Of a stretch of 56,914 nucleotides of DNA, positions 25,237 through 33,972 are shown piece by piece. The DNA is from an uncultured Gammaproteobacteria bacterium (GTDB lineage Bacteria > Actinomycetota > Acidimicrobiia > Spongiisociales > SHLN01), in assembly GCA_964195005.1 (NCBI GenBank), contig CAXMOO010000089.1, forward strand, positions 1 through 56,914. The letters are read 5' to 3'. The position numbers and the translations under genes were made by a program. Position 1 is the first letter of the stretch. Every line of letters starts with the position of its first letter. Below the pieces are notes generated by a model. It was not told the DNA's origin and searched no databases. It was given only the letters and a program-made list of their open reading frames with translations.

Positions 25237-26472
25237 ATGCCCCTGGTTGTCCAGAAATATGGCGGAAGCTCGCTCGCCGATGCCGACCTCATCGCCAATG
25301 TTGCCCAGCGTGTCGTGGAAACTCGCAAGGGTGGAGACGATGTGGTGGTAGTTGTTTCGGCGATGGGCAACACCACGGACGACCTCATGCAAATGGCGCG
25401 GCGGATCAGCGACCAGCCGAGCGGGCGTGAGATGGACATGCTTCTCACAGCCGGCGAACGAATATCGATGGCGTTGCTGGCTCTCGCCATTCGCCAAGAG
25501 GGTGTCGAGGCTGCCAGTTTGACCGGTTCTCAGGCCGGGATCCTCACCGATGCCACGCACGGGGAGGCCAAGATCCGCGAGATTCGAGGGGATCGGATTC
25601 GCGAATACCTCGACAAGGGCCTGGTGGTGATTGTGGCCGGGTTTCAGGGTGTCGACCCGGAGAGCAAGGATGTCACGACTCTTGGTCGAGGTGGGTCCGA
25701 TGCCACTGCGGTGGCACTGGCAGCCGCGCTCGGCGCAGACCGGTGTGAGATTCTCACAGACGTCGACGGGGTCTATTCAGCCGATCCCCGTCTGGTGCCC
25801 TTGGCTCGCAAGCTCGATGAGGTCTCATACGAGGTGATGCTGGAGATGGCGGCCTCGGGTGCGGATGTACTAATGGCCCGGTCGGTAGAATTCGCCCGCC
25901 GCTTCGGCATTCCCGTCCATGTGCGGTCGTCGTTTCACGACTCCGCCGGAACATGGATCAAGGAGGAAACGATGGAACAGACAGTCATTACCGGCGTCGC
26001 CCACGACACCTCGGAAGCCAAAGTGACCGTCCATGGAGTGCCGGACCAACCCGGTGTCGCCGCCAAGCTGTTCGGTGAGCTGGCAGAGCACGAGGTGGAT
26101 GTTGACATGATTGTGCAGAACGTGTCGACTGCCGGACACACCGACATCAGCTTCACGGTGAGCGAGCTGAACATCGATCGGGCACGAGAAGCGGCAGAGC
26201 GAGTGTTGTCCGGGCTCGACGCGCAGGGAGTCGACGTCGACACCAACATCGCCAAGATCTCGTTGATCGGTGCCGGGATGCGCAGCCACCCGGGCGTGGC
26301 GGCCGACATGTTCAGGCAGCTGGCTGAGAATCAAATCAACATCGAGATGATCTCTACTTCACCGATTCGAATTTCGTGCATCATTTCAGCCGACAGATGC
26401 GATGAGGCGGTCAAAGCGCTTCATGACTACTTCCTGCCTCCCGATGATCTGGTTACTGAGGCTGCCCCGTGA
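25237..26472 (+). CDS. ask: aspartate kinase (alpha subunit reading frame)
   Basis: The ATG at 25237 gives [17 protein letters not shown]...[17 protein letters not shown] domains occupy the C-terminus. The ORF track starts earlier, at 25198. Confidence 0.93.
   Translation: MPLVVQKYGGSSLADADLIANVAQRVVETRKGGDDVVVVVSAMGNTTDDLMQMARRISDQPSGREMDMLLTAGERISMALLALAIRQEGVEAASLTGSQAGILTDATHGEAKIREIRGDRIREYLDKGLVVIVAGFQGVDPESKDVTTLGRGGSDATAVALAAALGADRCEILTDVDGVYSADPRLVPLARKLDEVSYEVMLEMAASGADVLMARSVEFARRFGIPVHVRSSFHDSAGTWIKEETMEQTVITGVAHDTSEAKVTVHGVPDQPGVAAKLFGELAEHEVDVDMIVQNVSTAGHTDISFTVSELNIDRAREAAERVLSGLDAQGVDVDTNIAKISLIGAGMRSHPGVAADMFRQLAENQINIEMISTSPIRISCIISADRCDEAVKALHDYFLPPDDLVTEAAP
25972..26472 (+). 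CDS. ask: aspartate kinase beta subunit (internal in-frame start)
   Basis: AAGGAGGAAACG-ATG at 25960-25974 lies inside the ask frame and gives [20 protein letters not shown]..., the ACT-domain part. Confidence 0.55.
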   Translation: MEQTVITGVAHDTSEAKVTVHGVPDQPGVAAKLFGELAEHEVDVDMIVQNVSTAGHTDISFTVSELNIDRAREAAERVLSGLDAQGVDVDTNIAKISLIGAGMRSHPGVAADMFRQLAENQINIEMISTSPIRISCIISADRCDEAVKALHDYFLPPDDLVTEAAP

Positions 26473-27482
26473 GTGGCCCGAACGTCGCCATCGTCGGAGC
26501 AACCGGCGCAGTAGGAAAAGTCCTGCGCGAGATTCTGTTCGAGCGATCCTTCCCGGTCGGCAACCTTCGACTCATGGCATCCGAGCGCTCGGCGGGGATG
26601 GTCATCGGCACCGGGCTTGGTGACATCGAAGTGGAGAGCCTCGATGAGGCCGATCCCGGCGGCATTGATATTGCCCTGTTCTCTGCAGGGGGAGATCGCA
26701 GCAGGCAGCACGCCAGGCGTTTTGCTGATGCCGGGGCGGTAGTCGTCGACAACTCTTCGGCGTTTCGGATGGAGGCCGATGTTCCGTTGGTGGTAGTCGG
26801 AATAAACGATGTTGCCGTTCAAGGTCACAGTGGAGTCATAGCCAATCCCAACTGCACAACGATGGTGCTGATGATGGCTGCCGCTCCGCTGCATCGGGCC
26901 GCCGGACTGCGGGCGATGACCGCCACTTCCTATCAATCGGTTTCAGGCACCGGCAATCGAGCGATCCTTGAGCTAACGCAACAGGCTCAATGGTTTGCTA
27001 AGACGCCCGAGGCTTTGTTCGACGGCACCTGGGAGGAGCCCGATGTCAATGTATATGCCAGGCCCGTTGGCTGGAACGTGCTGCCGTACGCGGGCACGGA
27101 AGTTGAGCGCGGCTACACCGATGAGGAGATGAAACTGCGCGATGAGAGTCGCAAGATCCTCGACATACCGGTCCTAACGGTCGAACCCACCTGTGTCAGG
27201 GTGCCGGTGATGGTGGGTCATGGAGTGGCCGCCACTATGTGGTTTGAGCGCCCCGTTTCACCGGATGAGGCCGCCGAGCTCATTGCGGCCGCGCCCGGAG
27301 TCGAAGTCTGGGCCGACAAGGTGGCCACGCCGCTTGACTGCGCTGGTCGGGATGAAGTGCTGGTGAGTCGGATCAGGGAGACACTTGGTGAGCCGGGAGG
27401 CATCAATCTCTGGGCAGTTGGCGACAACCTGCGTAAGGGCGCAGCTCTCAACGCTGTCCAGATCGCTGAGTTGCTGATCTAG
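26469..27482 (+). CDS. asd: aspartate-semialdehyde dehydrogenase
   Basis: 337 aa. The GTG start overlaps the ask stop (GTGA). [11 protein letters not shown]...NPNCTT...SYQSVSGTG are the expected motifs. Confidence 0.93.
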   Translation: MSGPNVAIVGATGAVGKVLREILFERSFPVGNLRLMASERSAGMVIGTGLGDIEVESLDEADPGGIDIALFSAGGDRSRQHARRFADAGAVVVDNSSAFRMEADVPLVVVGINDVAVQGHSGVIANPNCTTMVLMMAAAPLHRAAGLRAMTATSYQSVSGTGNRAILELTQQAQWFAKTPEALFDGTWEEPDVNVYARPVGWNVLPYAGTEVERGYTDEEMKLRDESRKILDIPVLTVEPTCVRVPVMVGHGVAATMWFERPVSPDEAAELIAAAPGVEVWADKVATPLDCAGRDEVLVSRIRETLGEPGGINLWAVGDNLRKGAALNAVQIAELLI

Positions 27483-27484
27483 GG

Positions 27485-27516
27485 GTTCCCCGCTCGGAGC
27501 GAAGCACCCGGGGAAC
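27485..27516 (+). terminator. stem-loop immediately after the asd stop
   Basis: GTTCCCCG (27485-92) pairs with CGGGGAAC (27509-16). An inner GGaGC-GAA-GCaCC extension is possible. There is no U-tract. Confidence 0.5.
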
Positions 27517-27616
27517 TAGTCCTTCCCGGTGCCCTTATCGTACGGTTAGTGGTATCGTCACCACTCTAAGTGCGGACGGTGGGGGGCCTCCTGAGGACGA
27601 GTCCAAGGAGAGTTCC

Positions 27617-28621
27617 GTGCAGAGGGAACGCTTGTTGACAGGCATTCGGCTCTGGGGGGTTCGCCGCATCCAGGTGGCCACCATTGCCAGAGCCTTGGCA
27701 GGGACCGCCTTGCTGGCCGTCCTGATTATCTGGCATTGGATCGCCGGGGCAGTCACCATCGGGGCGGCCGGGGTCGTTTACATCGATTCCCGGTTCCTCT
27801 ACAAGATTCAGGCCCGTCCGATGCCGCCGGGGAGAGGTTGGTTCTTCGGTGGTGAGTGGTTGCCGCTCACGCGGCTGGGAGTCACCGGCCATCTCCGTCA
27901 GCGCCAGGTGATCGATGAGCTGGCCAGCGTCTATGCGAATGGCGAAGCCGTCGAGCTTCTTGTGTGGGTGACCACAACCGACCGGACCGGACAACAGTGG
28001 ACGTTGGTGCAGGAGCAGTTCGGCGATGCCATCCCTTCGGTCACGGCCTCCGCTGTCGCCAAGATTGCTGGAGCCTGTGATCCCTATGTCGAGGCGGAGC
28101 AGCTGGTGATGGCCGAGATCGGGGTTCCGCTTTACAACGTCAAGGTGATCGGTTGGGGCGTCGACGGGTCGTTCAACACAACCCGCGACACGGTTGTGGT
28201 CGTTGGTGAGACTCAAGCCCCGGCCGGCTCCTTTGCACTCGCCGGTGATAACCGCAGCTGGCATCTGGTTGAGCTCCATCCCGACCCCGTTGCCAGGGCC
28301 CTTACGAAGTTTGATGCCGGCCGCTGGCAGGCGGCGGCGGTATGGGGCCTGACTGCTTGTTTGGACATGTCTTATCCCAACGCTCGGCCGCTGCTCGAGG
28401 AGTTGGTGGCAGAACCCTGGCGGAACAGGATGATGTTCGGCCGGGTCGGCCGCCTAACCGAAAGCGTGACAAGCGGGGGCACGCCGCGCCTCATGGTCGA
28501 TCCTGTAGTGATGTCGGTTGATCACGGAAAGATCATTGAGCGGCGCCAGTCCCGGCCCCGGTCGATCCGGGCCCTCAGTTGGGAGCGACCCACACAGCGT
28601 ACGCCCACCCGCTACGGCTGA
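27617..28621 (+). CDS. hypothetical membrane-anchored protein
   Basis: 334-aa ORF with a GTG start and an N-terminal hydrophobic segment (ALAGTALLAVLIIWHWIAGAVTIGAAGVV). No family recognised. Confidence 0.5.
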   Translation: MQRERLLTGIRLWGVRRIQVATIARALAGTALLAVLIIWHWIAGAVTIGAAGVVYIDSRFLYKIQARPMPPGRGWFFGGEWLPLTRLGVTGHLRQRQVIDELASVYANGEAVELLVWVTTTDRTGQQWTLVQEQFGDAIPSVTASAVAKIAGACDPYVEAEQLVMAEIGVPLYNVKVIGWGVDGSFNTTRDTVVVVGETQAPAGSFALAGDNRSWHLVELHPDPVARALTKFDAGRWQAAAVWGLTACLDMSYPNARPLLEELVAEPWRNRMMFGRVGRLTESVTSGGTPRLMVDPVVMSVDHGKIIERRQSRPRSIRALSWERPTQRTPTRYG

Positions 28622-28638
28622 GTACAATGCCTGTCTTA

Positions 28639-28712
28639 CGGGACGTGGCGCAGCTTGGCAGCGCGCAGCGTTCGGGACGCTGAGGTCGCGGGTTCAAATC
28701 CCGCCGTCCCGA
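28639..28712 (+). tRNA. tRNA-Pro (anticodon CGG)
   Basis: It folds by hand into a cloverleaf. The acceptor is CGGGACG/CGUCCCG (C1:G72). The D arm is GCGC-AGCUUGGCA-GCGC. The anticodon arm is CAGCG-UUCGGGA-CGCUG. The variable loop is AGGUC and the T arm is GCGGG-UUCAAAU-CCCGC. The discriminator is A73 and no CCA is encoded. Confidence 0.9.
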
Positions 28713-28768
28713 CCTCAAATCGGTTCACCTGATCTGCTGAGGGATTTGAACCCTCAAGAGAAAGCAGG

Positions 28769-28793
28769 TCAAATCCCGCCGTCCCGACCTCAA
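28769..28793 (+). repeat. direct repeat of the tRNA-Pro 3' end (att-like scar)
   Basis: tcaaatcccgccgtcccgacctcaa is 25/25 identical to 28694..28718 (T loop through 6 nt past the tRNA end). A T-arm-like palindrome, gagggatttgaaccctc (28739..28755), lies between the copies. Confidence 0.8.
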
Positions 28794-28826
28794 GAAAAGA
28801 AGCAGTCGGCAGTCAGCAGGCGGCGA

Positions 28827-30071
28827 CTACTTTTCGACTCGCAGGCGGGCTATTCGCCTGCGGTCCATCATGAGTACCGTCATGGAGCTGCCGTCGAGGA
28901 CTATGGCGTCGCCTTCTTTGGGTATGCGTCCCGCCTCAGTCATGAAAAGGCCGGCGACGGTCGAGTAATCTCCCCGCGGAAGCTCCATTTCCACTACTGC
29001 CTCGAGCTCGTCCACGTCAACCCGGCCATCGATGATCCACCGATCCGGCCCGGCCGGAGTCAGCATCGGTATTGAGGGGTCGTACTCGTCCTGCAACTCA
29101 CCGACCAGCTGGGCGATCACGTCTTTGGTGGTTACGACCCCTTCAACGCCGCCGTGTTCATCGACCACCACGCCGAATCCGAATCGACTCTTTCGCATCT
29201 CCTGCAACACGTCCAACACAGGCCGGGATTCAGGTATATAGGTGGGAGGGCGAAGGATCCGGTTGATGTCCTCCGGCGTTGCAGCAGCTTTGAGGCGGAG
29301 GACATCCTTGACTGCCAGGATCCCGAGGATCTCATCCGTGCTGTTGGCGACCACCGGGAACCGGCTGTGTCCACTGGTGGCAACCGCTTCTTCGATCTTT
29401 TCGGCAGTCACAGGGATTGGAATCGAGATCATGTCCACGCGGGGCGTCATCACCTCGCGAATCGGTCGGTCCTCTAATGAGAACAGCGCATCGATGATCT
29501 CTCGTTCCGCCGCCTTTATCTCGCCGGAGCTCTCACTGATGAAGGCCAGGGCGCGGATGTCGTCTTCGGTGACCGGAGCGATCCCGGTTCCGAGGTCTAG
29601 TCGGAAGAGTTTGAAGATACCTCGCGTGATGAGGATGAAAGATCGGCTTATGGGTTTGAGAACCGTCACCAGGGTCGTAATCGGCCCTGCCACCAATAGG
29701 GAGAACCGTTCCGGGTAACGATTAGCAAGGGTCTTGGGCCCGATCTCACCGAAAACGAGAATCAGCGCCGTGAGAGCGAAGGTCACGATCCACGGCCCCC
29801 ACGATTCCCCCGCCAGATCGATCAGCAATGCCGTGGCAACGGCTGCCGCCAGAATGTTCACGAAATTGTTGGCCACCAGCAGCGTTGACAGCGTTCGGTC
29901 CGGATTGCTCAGGAGGTCCTGGAGCTTGGCGCCTCGCCGGCTCTTCTCTGCGAGCTGGTGAGCTCGCTCCCGCTGGATACTGACCAGTGCCGTTTCGGAT
30001 CCCGAGAAGAAACCCGAAAGCACAAGGCAGATGCCCAATACCACGATGTACAGAATGTTGATGCCGCTCAC
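28827..30071 (-). CDS. CNNM/CorC/HlyC family transporter (DUF21, CBS pair, CorC_HlyC)
   Basis: 414 aa. The N-terminal DUF21 TM domain reads ...LSGFFSGSETALVS... A CBS pair follows (REVMTPRVDM...), then the C-terminal CorC_HlyC domain (..DGDAIVLDGSSMTVLMMDRRRI). Confidence 0.88.
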   Translation of the reverse strand: MSGINILYIVVLGICLVLSGFFSGSETALVSIQRERAHQLAEKSRRGAKLQDLLSNPDRTLSTLLVANNFVNILAAAVATALLIDLAGESWGPWIVTFALTALILVFGEIGPKTLANRYPERFSLLVAGPITTLVTVLKPISRSFILITRGIFKLFRLDLGTGIAPVTEDDIRALAFISESSGEIKAAEREIIDALFSLEDRPIREVMTPRVDMISIPIPVTAEKIEEAVATSGHSRFPVVANSTDEILGILAVKDVLRLKAAATPEDINRILRPPTYIPESRPVLDVLQEMRKSRFGFGVVVDEHGGVEGVVTTKDVIAQLVGELQDEYDPSIPMLTPAGPDRWIIDGRVDVDELEAVVEMELPRGDYSTVAGLFMTEAGRIPKEGDAIVLDGSSMTVLMMDRRRIARLRVEK

Positions 30072-30457
30072 GGCTGTTGGGTTGTCTCCTTTGAGCCGAC
30101 TGCGGCGTCTACGGCCTCGCGCAACTGATGGGGGCTGAACGGCTTGACGAGCCAGGAGTGCGCAGCCGCTCGTTTGGCAAGAAACCCATCCGCCAGCCGG
30201 TCGAGCAACAGCACCACCGGAACATCGGGGAAGTCGCCGGCCTGTGCGGCTTCCTTGAGGGCTCTGGTCATAGCCATGCCCCCCATGGTCCCCACCTGTA
30301 AATCCACTACTGCAACATCGGGGCGTTGTTCACCGACTGCGGCCACCAGGGTGCGGGGATCGTCGTGCTGGGCGACCTCGAAGCCGGGGAGACTCAATGC
30401 CGACTTGACCTCATTGATTACCCATTGGGTGTCCGCCACTACCAGGATTCTTGGCAT
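30068..30457 (-). CDS. single-domain response regulator (receiver only)
   Basis: The ATG at 30457 gives MPRILVVADTQWV...DVAVVDLQVGTMGGMAM...LVKPF, 129 aa. Its stop overlaps the CorC GTG start (GTGA). The ORF track extends to 30682. Confidence 0.75.
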   Translation of the reverse strand: MPRILVVADTQWVINEVKSALSLPGFEVAQHDDPRTLVAAVGEQRPDVAVVDLQVGTMGGMAMTRALKEAAQAGDFPDVPVVLLLDRLADGFLAKRAAAHSWLVKPFSPHQLREAVDAAVGSKETTQQP

Positions 30458-30536
30458 ACCGGCAGCGTAGCAACGTTGAGGAACCTTCCTCCTGCGGCCG
30501 TCCATCCAGCTCGGTGGCCGCCTTAAGATCCGTGCC

Positions 30537-31808
30537 ATGCTCCGACGCGTCCTGCCCTTATTGCTAACAGCATTCTTGTTAGGCGCGTCTGCTCCAGCTT
30601 CAGCTGAGGGTGATTTCATCGACATCATCAAGCTGAGTGGGCCACTCGACGAACGGGCCGTCGACTTCGCCATCGAAACCATTCAGGAGGTGGCCCCAAC
30701 CTCCGAGCTGATAATCCTTCAGCTCGATTCTCAAGCCACACTGACCAGCAAGCTCGAGCTCCTTATCGACGTCGTTGCCGAGCCGGCAGCTCCCCTGGCC
30801 GTGTGGGTGGGGCCCGAAACCGCGGTGGCCTACGGGGGAGCCGTGGAATTGCTGGCTGTGGCGCCGGTGCGGTTGGCCGCTCCCGGCGTAAAGATTGGTG
30901 CCGCTGAGCCCCTCGCCTTCGCTGATGTAGGGATCATTTCTGGCCTTGACAGGGCCGCGATTCTGGCCGCCACCGCCGTCGATATCGCGACAGGCCGCAT
31001 CTCGATCCTGGAGCCCATCCCCGGTCTCGTCGACGAGGTGCTTCCGGCACTCAACAGCGTGGTGCAAGCCCTTGACGGCCGAACGGTGACGGTTGGGGGC
31101 GAGGAGCGCACCCTGGTAATCACGGAGCCCTTCGATGATGGTGGCGAAATCCGCCGGCGGACCATCGAGACCCGATTCCACGAGCCCGGCTTTGTTGATC
31201 GGGCGCTGCGGTTGTCACTTTCCCCGGCGGTTGCCTATCTGTTCCTGCTCGTCGGGTTGGCGGTGGCTGCTTTTGAGTTCTATGCCGCCGGCGTGGGGGT
31301 GGCCGCGGCGGTGTCGGTGCTGGCACTGGGCCTGGGTGGCTACGGATTGTCTGAGCTGCCGGTCAACTGGTGGGGGGCATTTCTGGGGCTGGCTGGTTTT
31401 GGCCTTTATCTATATGACTTCCAGCGTCAGCAAATGCGGATAGCGTCTGCTGCCGGGACTTTGGCCCTTATCTTTGGAGGGCGTTATTTCGTGCCCGAAT
31501 CGCCTCAATTGTCGATGACGTGGCTCAGTGCCATCACCATCACGCTGGGGATTGCGGCGTTCTTCTTGTTTGGGATGACCACCGTGGTTCGGGCCCGGTT
31601 CTCCACACCCACGATCGGTCGCGACCACCTCATCGGGCGGCGGGGAAGAGCGGAAACCGCAGTCAGCCCCGAGGGCGTGGTGGTTGTCGACGGGGCTCGA
31701 TGGAGGGCCAATTCAGCCCGGGTTTCCGGTATCGAGGCTGGTGATGAGGTGGTGGTGGCGGCGGTTAGTGGCTTTGTCTTGGACGTAGATCCCGTTGAGG
31801 AGCAATAA
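30537..31808 (+). CDS. NfeD family membrane-bound serine protease-like protein
   Basis: 423 aa. A signal peptide precedes a ClpP-like N-domain, central TM segments and a C-terminal OB-fold tail (...VVVDGARWRANS...GDEVVVAAVSGFVLDV). Confidence 0.75.
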   Translation: MLRRVLPLLLTAFLLGASAPASAEGDFIDIIKLSGPLDERAVDFAIETIQEVAPTSELIILQLDSQATLTSKLELLIDVVAEPAAPLAVWVGPETAVAYGGAVELLAVAPVRLAAPGVKIGAAEPLAFADVGIISGLDRAAILAATAVDIATGRISILEPIPGLVDEVLPALNSVVQALDGRTVTVGGEERTLVITEPFDDGGEIRRRTIETRFHEPGFVDRALRLSLSPAVAYLFLLVGLAVAAFEFYAAGVGVAAAVSVLALGLGGYGLSELPVNWWGAFLGLAGFGLYLYDFQRQQMRIASAAGTLALIFGGRYFVPESPQLSMTWLSAITITLGIAAFFLFGMTTVVRARFSTPTIGRDHLIGRRGRAETAVSPEGVVVVDGARWRANSARVSGIEAGDEVVVAAVSGFVLDVDPVEEQ

Positions 31809-31822
31809 GCAATAAGCAATAA
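31802..31822 (+). repeat. (GCAATAA)x3 tandem heptamer giving TAA in all three frames at the end of nfeD
   Basis: gcaataa gcaataa gcaataa. TAA occurs at 31806, 31813 and 31820, one in each of the three frame phases. Confidence 0.9.
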
Positions 31823-31928
31823 GCGAAGAGCCTGCCTCCTGCCTCCTTACTCTTTTTCCTTAATTTTCCTGGCGAATTCGCGGTCTGGCTGGTAGCTTCG
31901 GGCCAGCTAACACAGGAGGATTTCCCCC

Positions 31929-32195
31929 GTGACCGTCGCTCCTAGCCGGGCCTGGCAGTCCGACGCGCTTTGCCGTGGGAATCAGGCGCAACTGTTCTTC
32001 CCTCCCACCACCATTGAGCGCAAAGAAGAGCGCGAGCGGCGTGAGACGAAAGCCAAAGCCATCTGCGGAGTGTGTCCGGTGCGCCGTGATTGCTCCGACT
32101 ATGCCGTGGGAATTCGTGAGCCTTACGGTATCTGGGGGGGCTACACCGAGGTCGAACGGCGTCAGTTGCTTGCTCAGGGCGTTACCCGGATCTGA
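31929..32195 (+). CDS. whiB: WhiB family transcriptional regulator
   Basis: 88 aa. The GTG start is preceded by ACAGGAGGA. ALC...C.VC.VR..C is the 4-Cys Fe-S motif, followed by GIWGG and a basic tail. Confidence 0.9.
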   Translation: MTVAPSRAWQSDALCRGNQAQLFFPPTTIERKEERERRETKAKAICGVCPVRRDCSDYAVGIREPYGIWGGYTEVERRQLLAQGVTRI

Positions 32196-33972
32196 CCCTC
32201 CGCAAATCACCATCCCGCACGGTGTGACCCTCACTGTCGAGCCACTCCAGTAGGGGTATTGCATATTTGCGCGTGAGTTGGAAGTGATCCCGGAACTGCG
32301 CCACCGTGAACGTTTCCGGCAAATTCGCAAGGCCATCGACTATCTGGATGATCTGCTCCGGTAGATAGCTCAAGTCGGGGCTGATTCTGATCAGTAGTCC
32401 CTGTCTGGCAAGTGCATGCACGAGGTCGTTGTTCAGTTCCAACTCCCGGACCCGGGGGACGGCCAGGCCCGCTTTGGTAAGGGCCGCCCGCGCTGCATCC
32501 CAGCTTGCTTCTTCAGACGGTCCCATCTGTGAGGCGAAATCACTTGTAGCCACCTCTGCCCCTAGATCGGCCAACTCGCTGCTGCCGGAGATCAAGGCGT
32601 TGAGCAGGTCGAGGTTGATGCGCAATTGGCTGGCGAGGCTTGCCTTCGGCATGCCTGCCCGGAGTGGGTTGGCTCGTTGGAACGTCCGGACGCTGTCCAC
32701 CGCAGACTGCGAGAGTCGAGCCTCCTCCGTTTTTGCCACGGCCGAAGGCCCCACTTTGATCGAACCTGTTGGAGTCCCTCCCCGGGTATGGGCAGCAAGC
32801 ACCTTCAGCAGGTCACGCCTGCGCCAGGCCAGCAGCTTCTCCGCTTGCTCGTCGGGGCTAGCCGAGTAGATCCCCTCGAGGGCCTCGATCGCCTGGGCAT
32901 GGTGGCGGCGTGATGGGGCAGGGTCGAGCACCCGCCCGCCCGCGACGACCGCCCGTCGCCCCACTTCACGGAGTATGAATCGATCACCAACTGCAACAGG
33001 CACAGGTGAGGTGACGGTGAGCAGGGCGTGCCCGGATCCATCTAGCTCGTTCGTCCCGATAAGCCGAAGCCGTGCGGGCCACGATCCGCTGCCCAGGTGA
33101 AGGTGGTAGGCGCCTCTGTCCCGCAGAGGGTCGTCGAGTCTGCGTACGGTCCGTAGCGTCACGAGGAAACGGTCTGATGAGGCCCACTGGCCGGGAGCCC
33201 CCAGCATCATTCCCCGTCCGACCTCGCCCGTATCCACTCCGCTCAGGTTGACGGCAGTGCGGTTGCCGGGCTCGATTGTCTCCAGGGACCGCTCGTGGCT
33301 CTGCAGGCTTCGGATCCTGGCCGCCCGGCCCGTTGGATACAACTCGACTTGATCGCCTGTCGTGAGCGGGCCCTCCAGCAAGGTTCCGGTGACGATCGTC
33401 CCGGCGCCACTGATCGAGAATGCTCGATCGAGCCACATTCGGGGGCGCCCGATATTCACGACGTCCTCGTCGCCAATCGCCTGGTCGAGCGCAGCCACCA
33501 GCTTGTCAACGCCCTGGCCGGAGAGCGAGTCGACCGGGATGATCGGGGCGGTTTTTGCGATTGTTCCGGCTAGCTGTTCGGCCACTTCCGCCGCGGCCAA
33601 TTCCGCCGTGTCGGCGTCGGTGAGACCAATCCGGGTGAGGGCCACTACCACCCTGGACACCTCGAGAAGATCCAGCACCGACATGTGTTCCTCGGATTGA
33701 GGCATCCAGCCCTCGTCGGCAGCCACCACCAGCAGCGCGACGTTGATGGCGTCGACCCCTGCCAGCATGTTTTTGATGAAGCGTTCGTGGCCTGGAACGT
33801 CGATGAAACCCACCTCGGTCCCGGACGGCAGCTCGGTCCATGCGAAGCCGAGATCAATTGTCAGGCCCCGCTCCTTCTCCTCCTGCCAGCGATCAGGATC
33901 CCGGCCGGTCAAAGCCTTGACCAGCGTCGACTTCCCGTGATCGACGTGGCCGGCCGTACCTACGATCGGCAT
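32182..33972 (-). CDS. selB: selenocysteine-specific translation elongation factor SelB
   Basis: The ATG at 33972 gives [42 protein letters not shown]...DVPGHERF. Long C-terminal winged-helix region. Its start overlaps the selA 3' end by 13 nt. Confidence 0.9.
   Translation of the reverse strand: MPIVGTAGHVDHGKSTLVKALTGRDPDRWQEEKERGLTIDLGFAWTELPSGTEVGFIDVPGHERFIKNMLAGVDAINVALLVVAADEGWMPQSEEHMSVLDLLEVSRVVVALTRIGLTDADTAELAAAEVAEQLAGTIAKTAPIIPVDSLSGQGVDKLVAALDQAIGDEDVVNIGRPRMWLDRAFSISGAGTIVTGTLLEGPLTTGDQVELYPTGRAARIRSLQSHERSLETIEPGNRTAVNLSGVDTGEVGRGMMLGAPGQWASSDRFLVTLRTVRRLDDPLRDRGAYHLHLGSGSWPARLRLIGTNELDGSGHALLTVTSPVPVAVGDRFILREVGRRAVVAGGRVLDPAPSRRHHAQAIEALEGIYSASPDEQAEKLLAWRRRDLLKVLAAHTRGGTPTGSIKVGPSAVAKTEEARLSQSAVDSVRTFQRANPLRAGMPKASLASQLRINLDLLNALISGSSELADLGAEVATSDFASQMGPSEEASWDAARAALTKAGLAVPRVRELELNNDLVHALARQGLLIRISPDLSYLPEQIIQIVDGLANLPETFTVAQFRDHFQLTRKYAIPLLEWLDSEGHTVRDGDLRRVRSG

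Noticed and set aside
28639-28712. Considered whether the only tRNA in the window could be tRNA-Sec (selC), given that selA and selB are nearby.
   Set aside because: The anticodon loop reads UUCGGGA, so the anticodon is CGG (Pro), not UCA. The acceptor stem is 7 bp and the variable loop only 5 nt. C1:G72 and A73 fit bacterial tRNA-Pro.
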